Positions 8,636-19,341 of a DNA stretch of 64,000 nt are shown here, in pieces. Positions within the stretch are counted from its first letter, which is position 1; each line of letters opens with the position of its first letter. Made by a program: the position numbers and the translations under genes. The notes under the pieces are model-generated. The model worked only from the letters and a program-made list of their open reading frames with translations, was not told where the DNA came from and ran no database searches. Source of the stretch: Escherichia phage OLB35; the sequence record MH992122.1; one strand, written 5' to 3'.

Positions 8636-8916
8636 TAGTGTCCTTCATTCATACGTGGTTTATCCCAAGAAATACTAATATATGATTCGCCATCAATAGA
8701 AGTCGCCGGGTTTTTCTCTACCGTAAGACCTTCACTTTCCAGCCATTCAATAGTATTTGCGCATAAATCTGAAGAACACCTCATCGGAAACTGGCAAGAT
8801 TTTTCACCTTTAGATGCAGCGTTATACATCTTTTCTAAAATACGCTTTTGCACGTTTTTAAAAATGGTTTCAGCAGATTCTTCAGATTTTTTATTCAGTT
8901 CAGTATAAAGACTCAT
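8626..8916 (-). CDS. hypothetical protein
   Basis: about 96 aa from ATG at 8916 (MSLYTELNKK) with SD GAGGAG. Confidence 0.45.
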   Translation of the reverse strand: MSLYTELNKKSEESAETIFKNVQKRILEKMYNAASKGEKSCQFPMRCSSDLCANTIEWLESEGLTVEKNPATSIDGESYISISWDKPRMNEGHYKF

Positions 8917-9042
8917 AATATTCTCCTCATTAATAGGGCTCATAATATCTCAATCATTAGCTCATTTACGTATTTATAGTAACAGCATTCTCTGAGAGAT
9001 TCAAACTAAAAAGCCCCAACCTTTTGGCTAGGGTACAGAATG

Positions 9043-9507
9043 TTATTTGATTTGTTTAGCAGACCAAATGCGGTCTTTAATAAGTTTTTGGATATCTTCA
9101 ACATACTCAAGGCTATGAGCGTGAGGATTATCTTTGAAGCTATGTGCTCGTGCCAGTTTCTGGCCTTCAGTTTTGATTACCAAAAGTTCTTTAAGAATTG
9201 CTTCATACTTAGAAATAATTCCTTTGGCGATATTTTTTTCTTGAGCTGCTTTAGGGCCCGCTTTTGGTGCTGGTGCTTTACCTGTAGCTTTCTGGAACAA
9301 TTCACCTGATGCAGCTAGGCTTTTAAAAACTCGGCTAACAGTATTAGCATTAGTAAAACCTTCGGCTTTAAAATCTCTAATAAAACGGAAACGTTCTTCA
9401 TCAGAGGCGTCTTTGTAAGAATATTTACCTGCTTGAATTGCTGCAATCGCAGCGGCTTTTACATCTGAACTAGATTGTTCAGTCAAAAATTCTGCATATG
9501 ATTTCAT
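9043..9507 (-). CDS. internal-protein-like protein with CTS-like leader
   Basis: starts MKSYAEFLTE (compare T4 IP leader MKTYQEFIAE, L-x-E cleavage site); 154 aa, Lys/Ala-rich. Confidence 0.5.
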   Translation of the reverse strand: MKSYAEFLTEQSSSDVKAAAIAAIQAGKYSYKDASDEERFRFIRDFKAEGFTNANTVSRVFKSLAASGELFQKATGKAPAPKAGPKAAQEKNIAKGIISKYEAILKELLVIKTEGQKLARAHSFKDNPHAHSLEYVEDIQKLIKDRIWSAKQIK

Positions 9508-9551
9508 GTTACTTTTCCTAAGTTAATTAACTTATCTATTTATTATTATGC

Positions 9552-9580
9552 AAAAAAGCCCCAACCTTTCGGAAGGGGCT
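9552..9580 (-). terminator. rho-independent terminator (minus strand)
   Basis: stem AGCCCC/GGGGCT followed by a T-run on the minus strand; 3' of the tRNA / small-RNA region. Confidence 0.5.
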
Positions 9581-9631
9581 AAGCCTTGCGGTAACCTTGT
9601 CGGGGTTCCACCTGCTAAGGCAAGTGTTTGT

Positions 9632-9723
9632 ACGAAACGCCGGGATTCGAACCCGGTTATTAAGCAGTTGACGCTACTCAATATTTTTAAAAGGCCATAT
9701 CTCGACCATATCCGAACGTTCCG
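9632..9723 (-). ncRNA. tRNA-like element or small stable RNA (possible T4 RNA C/D analogue)
   Basis: minus strand has a canonical T-arm CCGGG-TTCGAAT-CCCGG followed by a 7-nt strand that pairs with CGGAACG about 85 nt upstream; no standard D or anticodon arm could be folded by hand. Confidence 0.25.
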
Positions 9724-9886
9724 TCAAAAACGCTACTCGGCTTACGGCAAAGATATTTCCTCGAATCGATAATTCGGTGCGCCGTTTCTGCTGTGATAGT
9801 AAAGAATCAGAACACAGTAAAACTGTGGGAGAAACTATACTCCAGGGAACATCAGTCCGACGACTTACCGGTAGCGACCCGGTTTC

Positions 9887-10231
9887 TCATTTTGGCATAT
9901 CATCAATTTGCTCTCGACGCCGACGCCATAGATTAATCGCTTCATTAACACATTCGGCGTTTGGTATATGACGGCAATAATATAATGATTCGCGTTTCTG
10001 GAACCGATGTTGCAACGGGATTTCGTTTAAAAGATCTTTACGATCAAAGTATTCAAAACTAGTTAACCCTGAACGGTTTTTAATGAACTTCCAATGTCCG
10101 AATTCGTTTTGAACATAGATGTAATCGGCATGCTGATACAGCGAATTAATCAACCGGTCGGAAATAACTGTATCCTGTTCGTTAAAATAAAACGTTAAAT
10201 CATGAACTACCAGATAAATATTACCTTTCAT
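9887..10231 (-). CDS. hypothetical protein
   Basis: about 114 aa from ATG at 10231 with SD GAGGAAA; the track start at 10279 would overlap tRNA-Arg. Confidence 0.45.
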   Translation of the reverse strand: MKGNIYLVVHDLTFYFNEQDTVISDRLINSLYQHADYIYVQNEFGHWKFIKNRSGLTSFEYFDRKDLLNEIPLQHRFQKRESLYYCRHIPNAECVNEAINLWRRRREQIDDMPK

Positions 10232-10249
10232 ATTTTCCTCACTTGAAGT

Positions 10250-10326
<77 letters not shown>

Positions 10327-10329
10327 AAT

Positions 10330-10404
10330 TGGTGACCCTGGCTGGTTTCGATCCAGCTACCTATCAGTTATGAGCTGACAGCTCTCCCATTGAGCTACAG
10401 GGCC
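10330..10404 (-). tRNA. tRNA with anticodon CAT (Met-type; likely the AUA-reading tRNA-Ile as in T4)
   Basis: hand-folded cloverleaf: acceptor GGCCCTG/CAGGGTC, D stem GCTC/GAGC, anticodon loop CTCATAA, T stem GCTGG/CCAGC; 75 nt, CCA encoded. Confidence 0.75.
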
Positions 10405-10466
10405 TAAATAACTTTCTATTATGAAAGGCACTTTAGAGCACCTTTGGTAATAGAGGGTATGAATTA

Positions 10467-10492
10467 ATAATAACACATAATTCTTAAAGCAA
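10467..10492 (-). promoter_or_regulatory. candidate MotA-dependent middle promoter upstream of the tRNA cluster
   Basis: minus strand TTGCTTTA (MotA-box-like) then 12 nt then TATTAT. Confidence 0.25.
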
Positions 10493-10999
10493 ATCAATCA
10501 TTTTAACGGTTGGCAAAACGATTTCTTCTTCAATATAAGCAAATTCGACACGTTCAACTACACGCAAGAAATCGTAATCATAGTATTCAGAAGCATAGCC
10601 AAGAATATCAATAAGTCCTTGAGATATCTCATCGCCTTTCACAAAGAACAGGTCGAATACGCGGGCTTCGTCTTCTTCAGATTTATCACCAAGGTCTACT
10701 TCGATGCCAAAGACCTTTTTAATAAATTCCGGTTGGAGTTGGTCTGAGAACAGTCCTTCAACCAGATATTCGTAGATAATAAGCGAGCAACGACCGAATG
10801 GTGTATTACCGCAATAACGTTCGGCTTTGGTGCTAGAATGACGGCTCTTAAATTTCTTCAAGAGATATTTAAACTGTTGGAGCTCATGCTCTTCCACTTC
10901 AAACAATGTTTTGGTTTTATAGTTGTCACCATCACTTTCATAGGTAGTGACATCAATTACGTAGCCCTTAGGAATTGTACTGCCTAATCGAATATTCAT
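10484..10999 (-). CDS. hypothetical protein
   Basis: 171 aa ORF, tightly packed with upstream ORFs. Confidence 0.5.
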   Translation of the reverse strand: MNIRLGSTIPKGYVIDVTTYESDGDNYKTKTLFEVEEHELQQFKYLLKKFKSRHSSTKAERYCGNTPFGRCSLIIYEYLVEGLFSDQLQPEFIKKVFGIEVDLGDKSEEDEARVFDLFFVKGDEISQGLIDILGYASEYYDYDFLRVVERVEFAYIEEEIVLPTVKMIDLL

Positions 11000-11003
11000 T
11001 TAA

Positions 11004-11294
11004 TCACCGTACCATATTAATGTAATTATATTCAATGCAACGTAATTTCAAAGGATTCTTGAAAATATCATATTCAAGAGGGCCTTTTTCTGTTTCAATA
11101 AAGAAATCAAAGTTAACTGTGTTAAATTTATCATCTTCACAGAGTAATTTAACCTGTGAAGACGAACGGTCAATGTAAACCTTTTCAACTTCAAAATATG
11201 TTAAAATGCCATAATCATCGATCAATGCTTTAGCTGCACGTTGATCGCTTTCGTATCCATTCTCGACAGATTTTACTTTAGCATAAAGAATCAT
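11004..11294 (-). CDS. hypothetical protein
   Basis: 96 aa ORF; start overlaps the stop of the upstream ORF. Confidence 0.45.
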   Translation of the reverse strand: MILYAKVKSVENGYESDQRAAKALIDDYGILTYFEVEKVYIDRSSSQVKLLCEDDKFNTVNFDFFIETEKGPLEYDIFKNPLKLRCIEYNYINMVR

Positions 11295-11653
11295 GAGTGT
11301 TCCACCGCTTCAAAAGTATGTGCATTTACAATCTGGTACCAGTCAAAATTTTCTTCAGCATTTTTGTAGATTTCACGAAGAGCTTCAACAGTTTTTCCTG
11401 TAGCAACAAGATCATCAATACCACCAAGAGGATAACAGTCATAACCAGCAAACAGAAGGAAATTAATAGTTTCTGTAGGTTCTGGATGCAGTGTACCATT
11501 GTCATCGACTACTTCAAAGAACATATAACCAGGCGATTTAGATTTAATCCAAGCCCATGCTTGAGCTGCTGAATCAAATGGTCTGCGTATCAAACGACAA
11601 TCAGGGTCTTTAGAAGGATTTGCTTCAAAATCTGCATATACATGATATTTCAT
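11291..11653 (-). CDS. hypothetical protein
   Basis: 120 aa ORF. Confidence 0.5.
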   Translation of the reverse strand: MKYHVYADFEANPSKDPDCRLIRRPFDSAAQAWAWIKSKSPGYMFFEVVDDNGTLHPEPTETINFLLFAGYDCYPLGGIDDLVATGKTVEALREIYKNAEENFDWYQIVNAHTFEAVEHS

Positions 11654-11839
11654 TTACTCACCTTTTGCAATTTTATCCATAACGATAGCGATTAAGCCGA
11701 TTAGAAATGCTACTACCAATGAGATAGAGTTTTCAGTTGTTGTCAGTAGTCCACAAATGAATCCTACAAACATCGAAAAGCTAAAAGCCATTGAAGCAAT
11801 TACTACAGCAACATTACGAATCAGTTCAGCGCGTTTCAT
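11654..11839 (-). CDS. small membrane protein
   Basis: 61 aa, mostly hydrophobic (MAFSFSMFVGFICGLL...LVVAFLIGLIAIV). Confidence 0.45.
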   Translation of the reverse strand: MKRAELIRNVAVVIASMAFSFSMFVGFICGLLTTTENSISLVVAFLIGLIAIVMDKIAKGE

Positions 11840-12270
11840 TTTATTTCTCCTTTACTCATTTTGTTTTGATAGGACTACTATAACATATCCATATAGGCTT
11901 GTATATCTTTATTTCAAATATATTGCGTATTTTTTATAGCCACCAGGCTCGTGTCGAAGACCTTTATCATTCGCAAAACGTTGAATGTTATTGAACTGGT
12001 TTTCATCGAATGATGATTTAATCTTAGCTTTAGATCCTTTAGTTATAGAAATAAACATCTCGGAAGACCCTTTCTTAAAGTCTGATGCAGATACTTCAAC
12101 ACCGTTCTTAGCAAGTGACCTCAGAATTGCATCTGCGTACACTTCATATGTGTCGAATATGAAAAAGTTTTGTTAGCTACCAAGCGTGATATATTGAGAA
12201 TCAGTTCAGCGCGTTTCATTTTATTTCTCCATTTACTCATTTTGTTTTGATAGGACTATTATAACATAGT
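11818..12270. repeat. direct repeat pair (about 70 bp each) carrying a PeSL-like promoter, leader and first 7 codons (MKRAELI)
   Basis: copies at 11818-11890 and 12198-12270 differ at a few positions. Confidence 0.75.
11909..12213 (-). pseudogene. hypothetical gene with probable frameshift
   Basis: ATG at 12213 (MKRAELI...) stops after 32 codons; the 77-aa track ORF (11909-12142, GTG start, no SD) is in another frame; frames merge at a 5-nt homopolymer near 12162-12166. Confidence 0.35.
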
Positions 12271-12287
12271 CCTATCGGCATGTAAAC
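12258..12287 (-). promoter_or_regulatory. early promoter in a stem-loop (PeSL-like)
   Basis: minus strand GTTTAC (12282-12287), 18-nt spacer, TATAAT (12258-12263); flanking inverted repeat GATAGGACT/AGTCCTATC. Confidence 0.5.
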
Positions 12288-12290
12288 TAC

Positions 12291-12578
12291 TTACAGAAGA
12301 GTTTTTGCAATAATTTTAAGCTGAGCTACAGAAATGTGCTTAGCTTTAAACAGTGCAGTCTCTTCAGCCGGAGAGATAACAATAGTAGCGCCATCTTTCT
12401 TAGCAGACCATCCATCCCCTAAGTAAACAGTACCTTTTACTTCTTCGCCGTCAGCCAGACTAATCATTGGTTTGCCCTCACGTCCTTTATTTGCTTTAAT
12501 AACTTCGGAAGTAAGGGTTGCTTCAGTCAGAGTAGAAACGTTAGCATCAGGTGATATAAATTCTTTATAGGTTTTCAT
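12291..12578 (-). CDS. internal protein I-like (CTS-bearing)
   Basis: 95 aa, starts MKTYKEFIS...; sits immediately next to 57B as ipI does in T4. Confidence 0.55.
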   Translation of the reverse strand: MKTYKEFISPDANVSTLTEATLTSEVIKANKGREGKPMISLADGEEVKGTVYLGDGWSAKKDGATIVISPAEETALFKAKHISVAQLKIIAKTLL

Positions 12579-12623
12579 TTTATTTCCTTGAGGCTGTTTA
12601 TTTGATAGGATGATAGTAACACA

Positions 12624-13395
<772 letters not shown>

Positions 13396-13399
13396 TTTA

Positions 13400-14134
13400 T
13401 TACCTTAAGATTTTTTCAATTTTATAATAAAGCTCTTCTAACGAGCCGTCGTTTGTAATAACTAAATCGCCTTCTTCAATAGGCAACCCAGCTTCTGTAA
13501 TATGTTTATCAGTGGATTCCGTACCAGAGCGAACCACATGAATAACTGTAGCACCCATCGCTCTAGCGGTTTCCATTTCATGGACTTGGCGTGTATCGGT
13601 TACAACATAGTAATCGAAATCACTTCCAATATAATCCATATAGTTTAATGCAAAAAGCTTAACCCAATACATACGGTCAAATAAATTAACGACAACATCC
13701 GTACCGAGGGCTTGCATAAGACGGCGGATCGACCATGTGTCGTTGATATTATTTATAGCTTCACGCAGGGCTTCATATGGTTTAATATCTAGATATGAAT
13801 ATCCACCTTCTAACGATGATAATACTTTAACATTATTAATTGGTAAATATTGACTTTGTAAATAAATTAGCGCTTCTTCCAATAATTCAATAACATCCAA
13901 CTTATTGAGATTTAATGGTGTTTCACGGTCGTATCCAATGCCTTCAAAGTATTCGTATTTCAACTCTGTGAATACATCAGGATTTTCAGCATGTCTACGT
14001 CCCCAGGCTATTGCTAGAGCGTCTTTAATTGGATATGCTAATTGGTATTTTACGGATTTAAAGTTTGAATTGATGTAATCAGCAGTAGTGTCTTTACCAC
14101 TACGTTTGATGCCACTTAAAAAGATTAGCTCCAT
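13400..14134 (-). CDS. 1: deoxynucleoside monophosphate kinase (gene 1)
   Basis: 244 aa, P-loop GIKRSGKDT; size and position match T4 gp1. Confidence 0.85.
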   Translation of the reverse strand: MELIFLSGIKRSGKDTTADYINSNFKSVKYQLAYPIKDALAIAWGRRHAENPDVFTELKYEYFEGIGYDRETPLNLNKLDVIELLEEALIYLQSQYLPINNVKVLSSLEGGYSYLDIKPYEALREAINNINDTWSIRRLMQALGTDVVVNLFDRMYWVKLFALNYMDYIGSDFDYYVVTDTRQVHEMETARAMGATVIHVVRSGTESTDKHITEAGLPIEEGDLVITNDGSLEELYYKIEKILR

Positions 14135-14161
14135 AGGTTTTCCTCATATAATTTATAAGTG

Positions 14162-14187
14162 ATTATAACATACGGAGCTAGAAGCGA
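14162..14187 (-). promoter_or_regulatory. candidate middle promoter upstream of gene 1
   Basis: minus strand CGCTTCTA (imperfect MotA box) then 12 nt then TATAAT. Confidence 0.25.
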
Positions 14188-14772
14188 TTAACGCAAGGAA
14201 GGGTGTCTAGAAATGGATTTAGATTCGGCTGCTTGACGAGGCTGTTGAGATACAATGACTTCGCCGTCTTTTTCTATCGTCATATACGCGTAGTGAATAG
14301 TTGCTACGCACGTAACGGCAGGGTCAGAATCTTCAGTGTAACTAAATTCAATTTCGCTCAAATCAGAAATCCATGGTTTATAGAAATTTGCCGTCAAAAC
14401 GACTTCAGTCTTATTGTTGTTTAAAATGTGCAAAGTAACAAACTCAGGACCATCAGCATGGGCCGTATTATGTCCGGTTATATAGTTATTAGTGCTGAGC
14501 ATCCATTTATACATGTTCATCCAGGACGTCATGTCTTCATCAACTATAAATCGTACAATAAAAGGGTCATATTCAAATGTTGTGCCTGCACGCATTGCAC
14601 GCCCTAGCCCCATTGTGCCTGTCACAGTTTCAACAACAGGAATTCTCACACCTGGCAGTGGAGCCGTTTGGGCATTGAGCACAAAACCTGAAGTTCGTGT
14701 ACTATCCGGGATATCCACAACAAAGTTTGTTATATTTGTTTGGTTAAAAATCTGTCTCGCTGGACGAGTCAT
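14188..14772 (-). CDS. 3: gp3 tail completion / sheath stabilizer (by position)
   Basis: 194 aa from ATG at 14772 with SD GAGGTG; gene order 1-3-2-4 as in T4. Confidence 0.55.
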   Translation of the reverse strand: MTRPARQIFNQTNITNFVVDIPDSTRTSGFVLNAQTAPLPGVRIPVVETVTGTMGLGRAMRAGTTFEYDPFIVRFIVDEDMTSWMNMYKWMLSTNNYITGHNTAHADGPEFVTLHILNNNKTEVVLTANFYKPWISDLSEIEFSYTEDSDPAVTCVATIHYAYMTIEKDGEVIVSQQPRQAAESKSISRHPSLR

Positions 14773-14874
14773 AAGCACCTCAAAAACGCTTTAATAAAAA
14801 TGCAGTATAATGGTTTTAGGTCTCTTCCATTAATCCGGTTCAACAGAATATCAGAAGAACGGAAGAGAATAGAA

Positions 14875-15696
14875 TTAAGATTTCCAAACAGTATTCGCAG
14901 AGAAACGTTTTCCTTTTGACATAAATTGCTGAGTAGGTAACATGATTATGTTAGCCCAGTCTTTAGGAGCGATTTCTGTTATTGTTCCTCTAATGTGTCC
15001 TGGTAGGTATGCTTTAATCATTTTGTCAGCACCTTGAAATCCTTTCACCTTGCTCCAGTCTATCTTCAACTTTGTGTTATTAGTAATAGTAGTTGTGCTA
15101 GCATATTGCTTCAGCAATTCTTCAAGAAACTGTTGACGTGCTTTAGGTGGGATATAGTGCAAGTTTAACCCGTACATCAAATTATGTTTACCTAATCCTA
15201 AATAAATAATCAAAGGATATCGGTCCCAATACGGCAGAGTATCTTTATGTTTGGCATCATACATGTAAGTATAAATTTTGCCTGGCGTAGGCTTGACTAC
15301 TTTATGACCTTTTACACTTTTCTTAATTGTTTCAACGAACCACTTAGATGATTTGTTGTTTACTGCTGCGCCTTCATTTCTAATCTTTTCTCGTATTGAA
15401 CTGCGAAACGAGTTTATCATCAGAAGTTGACGTTCTTGCTTATTTAGTTTATTTTTAGGTTTAGATTCAAGCGTTTCAATTTTCTGTGCAGTCTTAATAG
15501 ATGATGCATATCTAGACATTGCAGATGTAAACGATGAGTATTTTATTCCTTTTGATTCTGCAAATGCTTTTGCAGTGATTCCTTTCTCTTTAGCTTTCTT
15601 GTATTCTAATCCTATCTCAATCCATTTTCTTTCATTCATAGACTGAGCAATCTTAGGGGCTTGTACGCCTTCAGATATAATTTGGAATATGCTCAT
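14875..15696 (-). CDS. 2: gp2 DNA end protector
   Basis: 273 aa (T4 gp2 about 274 aa), Lys-rich, correct position. Confidence 0.7.
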   Translation of the reverse strand: MSIFQIISEGVQAPKIAQSMNERKWIEIGLEYKKAKEKGITAKAFAESKGIKYSSFTSAMSRYASSIKTAQKIETLESKPKNKLNKQERQLLMINSFRSSIREKIRNEGAAVNNKSSKWFVETIKKSVKGHKVVKPTPGKIYTYMYDAKHKDTLPYWDRYPLIIYLGLGKHNLMYGLNLHYIPPKARQQFLEELLKQYASTTTITNNTKLKIDWSKVKGFQGADKMIKAYLPGHIRGTITEIAPKDWANIIMLPTQQFMSKGKRFSANTVWKS

Positions 15697-15698
15697 AA

Positions 15699-16148
15699 TT
15701 ACCCCTTGTATCCGAGTTTCCTAAGTCCGTCTTCGGTTAAAACTCGAAATTTTATATTTCTCTTTTCTGCGACAGCAGAAGCAGCTTTCCATTTGTCACA
15801 GTTCACAGACCACACGTAGATCTCGTTCATATAACGTTTCTTTGCTGCGGTCGTAAGATTTACAGGCTTAATAGGTGGTTGAGTTTCTTTCTTTGGTTTT
15901 ATTTCTACAAAGAACTCTTGACCTGATGCATCTTTCATCCATATGTCCATATAGTATCGACGTTTCTTACCTTCAGCATTACAAAAATATGGAATTACGG
16001 CTGTTTCACTACCCCATGCAATAATTTCCGGATTTTTATCCAACCATTCGAAAAAGAATTTTTCCCAGTTTGAACGATACGTTATTTTGGTATGGTCTCC
16101 ACGGTATTTTTTTAAATTTTTTGGGACCCATTTACCAGAGTAGGCCAT
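15699..16148 (-). CDS. 4: gp4 head completion protein
   Basis: 149 aa (T4 gp4 about 150 aa), correct position. Confidence 0.7.
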   Translation of the reverse strand: MAYSGKWVPKNLKKYRGDHTKITYRSNWEKFFFEWLDKNPEIIAWGSETAVIPYFCNAEGKKRRYYMDIWMKDASGQEFFVEIKPKKETQPPIKPVNLTTAAKKRYMNEIYVWSVNCDKWKAASAVAEKRNIKFRVLTEDGLRKLGYKG

Positions 16149-16160
16149 GTTGTCCTCCTT

Positions 16161-16168
16161 ATAAATAG
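16161..16168 (+). promoter_or_regulatory. late promoter TATAAATA (for gene 53)
   Basis: exact TATAAATA 42 nt upstream of the gene 53 start. Confidence 0.5.
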
Positions 16169-16175
16169 TATTATT

Positions 16176-16183
16176 ATTTATAC
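16176..16183 (-). promoter_or_regulatory. late promoter TATAAATA on minus strand (for gene 4)
   Basis: plus-strand TATTTATA 28 nt upstream of the gp4 ATG; divergent with 16161-16168. Confidence 0.45.
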
Positions 16184-16209
16184 CAATTTAATATTGGAAG
16201 GAGACTATT

Positions 16210-16785
16210 TTGTTATTTACATTCTTCGACCCAATAGGATATAGTGCTAAAACAGTTGATAAGAATGCACCTACTATTCCTATGACAGACATATTTCGTA
16301 ACTATAAAGAGTACTTTAAACGTGTTGCTGCCAATTATAGATTACGTTCTTATTACATTAAAGGCTCTCCACGTCCTGAAGAACTAGCAAACATAATTTA
16401 TGGCAACCCTCAATTATACTGGGTCCTTTTGATGTGTAATGATAACTATGATCCGTATTATGGTTGGATTACATCTCAGGAAGCAGCGTATCAAGCGTCT
16501 ATTCAGAAATATGCAAATGCTGGCGGAGACCAAATTCTTTACCATATTAACGAGAACCGTGAGAAATTTTACAATTTAGTTTCATATCCAGACGAGCCTT
16601 TAGTATGGTATGATAAAGGTGATGAAGCTCGTAAGTATCCGCAATATAAAGGACCTTTGGCTGCAGTAGATACTTATGAAGCAGCTGTACTAGATAACGA
16701 AAAACTTCGTAAAATAAAAATTGTTGCAAAGGAAGATATAAACTCGTTTATCACTGATTTGATTCGTGAGATGGAGATTGCATAA
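16210..16785 (+). CDS. 53: gp53 baseplate wedge
   Basis: 191 aa MLFTFFDPIGY... matches remembered T4 gp53; start codon is TTG with SD GGAAGGAG. Confidence 0.8.
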   Translation: MLFTFFDPIGYSAKTVDKNAPTIPMTDIFRNYKEYFKRVAANYRLRSYYIKGSPRPEELANIIYGNPQLYWVLLMCNDNYDPYYGWITSQEAAYQASIQKYANAGGDQILYHINENREKFYNLVSYPDEPLVWYDKGDEARKYPQYKGPLAAVDTYEAAVLDNEKLRKIKIVAKEDINSFITDLIREMEIA

Positions 16786-18518
16786 TGGAAATGATTAGTA
16801 GTAGCCTTAATTGGTTCGTGGGTGTTGTCGAGGACAGAATGGACCCATTGAAACAAGGGCGTGTTCGAGTACGAGTCGTAGGACTTCATCCAGCGCAGAG
16901 AGCACAAGGTGACGTACAAGGTATTCCTACCGAAAAACTTCCATGGATGACTGTTATTCAACCTATTACATCGGCATCAATGTCGGGTATTGGTGGTTCT
17001 GTTACAGGCCCTGTCGAAGGAACTCGAGTATATGGTCATTTCTTAGACAAATGGAAAACAAACGGTATTGTACTCGGTACATATGGTGGAATTGTACGCG
17101 AAAAGCCTAATAGACTAGAAGGTTTTTCCGACCCTACAGGTCAATATCCACGACGTTTAGGTAATGATACGAACGTATTAAACCAAGGTGGTGAAGCTGG
17201 TTATTATTCGAATTCTAACGTAATTCAAGACAACAACTTGGATTATGGTATAAACCCAGATGATACAGATTTAGCAAATATTCCAGAAGATGATGACCCT
17301 AATTTTACAATAACAGAAATGTTACGTCGTGATGAAGGTCTTCGTGATAAAGTGTATTGGGACCATCTAGGGTATCCTACAGTAGGTATTGGACACCTTA
17401 TCGTAATGGAAAAGACCCGAGATATGTCTCGAATTAATAAATTATTATCTGATCAAGTAGGGCGTGAAGTAACAGGAAATCCCGGGACTATTACATTAGA
17501 AGAAGCAACAGCGTTATTTGAGAAAGACCTTGCTAAGATGCAGAAAGACATTCGTTCTAATTCTAAAGTAGGTCCTGTTTATGCTAAAATGAACAGGTCT
17601 CGTCAAATGGCATTAGAAAACATGTGCTTCCAAATGGGCGTTGGCGGTGTAGCAAAATTCAATACTATGCTTAAAGCAATGGCCACAGGTGATTGGAAAA
17701 CTGCATACAAATCTGGGCGTGATTCATTATGGTTCCAACAGACTAAAGGACGTGCTTCACGCGTAACAACAATTATTTTAACTGGTAACATGGAATCATA
17801 CGGTGTTCCTGTTAAAACACCACCTTCGCCTGGTGTTGGTGCCGATTTAGTTACTAGAAATACAGATCCAGAAGACCCGGCTGGTCCTCCTGTTCCATTA
17901 GATTCGCGTATCCTTTTTAAAGAACCTGAATCAAGTTATCGCGGTGAATACCCGTATGTTCATGCTATGGAAACAGAAAGCGGTCATATCCAAGAATTTG
18001 ATGACACTCCAGGTAACGAACGTTATCGCTTAGTTCATCCAACAGGGTCATATGAGGAAGTTTCTCCATCCGGGCGTCGTACTCGTAAAACTGTAGAAGA
18101 CCTTTTTGACATCACTAATGGTGATGGGAATTTCCTGGTTTCTGGTGATAAACTTGTTAACGTTGGTGCTAATGAAATATATTATAACATGGCAGACCGC
18201 CTCCATCAAATAGATGGCAGCGACACAATCTTTATTCGTGGTAACCAAACTAAAACTGTTGAAGGCGATGGAACTCTTTACGTTAAGGGCAATATCAAAA
18301 TAGTTGTTGACGGAAATGCAGATATTCTTGTTAAAGGTGATGCTAAGACTCAAGTTGAAGGGAATCATGACTATACTGTCAATGGTAATGTTAAATGGAC
18401 TGTCAATGGTAATGTTGATATGACTGTTGCTGGCAATTGGTCTGAGACAATGACTACAATGAGCTCAATAGCTTCAGGACAATATACTGTTGACGGATCT
18501 CGTATTGATATTGGGTAA
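16785..18518 (+). CDS. 5: gp5 baseplate hub with lysozyme domain
   Basis: 577 aa; internal lysozyme segment MLRRDEGLRDKVYWD...GIGHL; beta-helix repeats VxGNxx at the C-terminus. Confidence 0.9.
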   Translation: MEMISSSLNWFVGVVEDRMDPLKQGRVRVRVVGLHPAQRAQGDVQGIPTEKLPWMTVIQPITSASMSGIGGSVTGPVEGTRVYGHFLDKWKTNGIVLGTYGGIVREKPNRLEGFSDPTGQYPRRLGNDTNVLNQGGEAGYYSNSNVIQDNNLDYGINPDDTDLANIPEDDDPNFTITEMLRRDEGLRDKVYWDHLGYPTVGIGHLIVMEKTRDMSRINKLLSDQVGREVTGNPGTITLEEATALFEKDLAKMQKDIRSNSKVGPVYAKMNRSRQMALENMCFQMGVGGVAKFNTMLKAMATGDWKTAYKSGRDSLWFQQTKGRASRVTTIILTGNMESYGVPVKTPPSPGVGADLVTRNTDPEDPAGPPVPLDSRILFKEPESSYRGEYPYVHAMETESGHIQEFDDTPGNERYRLVHPTGSYEEVSPSGRRTRKTVEDLFDITNGDGNFLVSGDKLVNVGANEIYYNMADRLHQIDGSDTIFIRGNQTKTVEGDGTLYVKGNIKIVVDGNADILVKGDAKTQVEGNHDYTVNGNVKWTVNGNVDMTVAGNWSETMTTMSSIASGQYTVDGSRIDIG

Positions 18519-18521
18519 TAT

Positions 18522-19037
18522 ATGGCACAAATACTTCCTTTAAATACCGACTTAGGAGAAGACATGGAAGGGGCGTCTATTGACGTCCTTTTTACTCCTC
18601 AGCTAGAAACGTCCGAAACTTTAGTGTCAATAAATATAACAGATTATGAACCGACACAAGGCATTACGGTAGATGGTAATCGTTTATATGGAACATATGA
18701 AAGTGTGTTTAGCTTTTCTTCGGATGCATTGAAATATCGATTAAATGATGATTTTAAAACTGCATCTTCATGGGATGATTTACCGAAAGATGAATCCGCA
18801 CAGTTATATTTGTGGAGAGCTCCTCAGAATCTTCGTAAAGTGTTTAGTTATACGGTTGAAATGATTTATAACTACCAAGAAGAAAGTTCATCAGGCGGCA
18901 CAAGAAGTGACTCTGGTGCAGAACCTCCACCGGCTCCAGTACAAAAAACTCTTACTAAGGTTTATACAAAAACTATAGTAGGAAATTGGAGCAAATGGGC
19001 ACAACAATTACGAAACTATGTTTATATGAGGCCATAA
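18522..19037 (+). CDS. 5.1: gp5.1-like protein
   Basis: 171 aa ORF in the T4 5.1 position. Confidence 0.5.
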   Translation: MAQILPLNTDLGEDMEGASIDVLFTPQLETSETLVSINITDYEPTQGITVDGNRLYGTYESVFSFSSDALKYRLNDDFKTASSWDDLPKDESAQLYLWRAPQNLRKVFSYTVEMIYNYQEESSSGGTRSDSGAEPPPAPVQKTLTKVYTKTIVGNWSKWAQQLRNYVYMRP

Positions 19038-19039
19038 AA

Positions 19040-19333
19040 ATGTCTGGCTTAAGTTACGACCAGTGCGTTACAACAGGTCATGAAGCATGGCCTCCTACGG
19101 TAATTAACGCTTCTCAATCTAAAGTATTCACCGGTGGTATTCCTGTTCTTGTAGCAGGAGACCAAATAACACCTCATACAGAAATTAAAAAACCATACGA
19201 GACTCATGGAGGTGTTACTGAACCTCGTACATCTAAAGTATATGTCACCGGTAAAAAGGCCGTTCAAATGGCTGACCCAATTTCATGCGGGGACACTGTT
19301 TCTCAGGCCTCGTCAAAAGTCTTTATCAAATAG
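19040..19333 (+). CDS. 5.4: gp5.4 PAAR-repeat spike tip
   Basis: 97 aa from ATG at 19040 ([14 protein letters not shown]...); size and position match T4 gp5.4. Confidence 0.7.
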   Translation: MSGLSYDQCVTTGHEAWPPTVINASQSKVFTGGIPVLVAGDQITPHTEIKKPYETHGGVTEPRTSKVYVTGKKAVQMADPISCGDTVSQASSKVFIK

Positions 19334-19341
19334 GAATTAAA

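Noticed and set aside
8990-9040. Terminator-like sequence AAAAAGCCCCAACCTTTTGGCTAGGG
   Set aside because: The GC stretches are not complementary, so no stable stem forms.
9745-9890. Possible additional tRNA genes between the tRNA-like element and the 9887-10231 ORF
   Set aside because: No T-arm, anticodon stem-loop or acceptor pairing could be folded by hand; left unannotated pending tRNAscan or Infernal.
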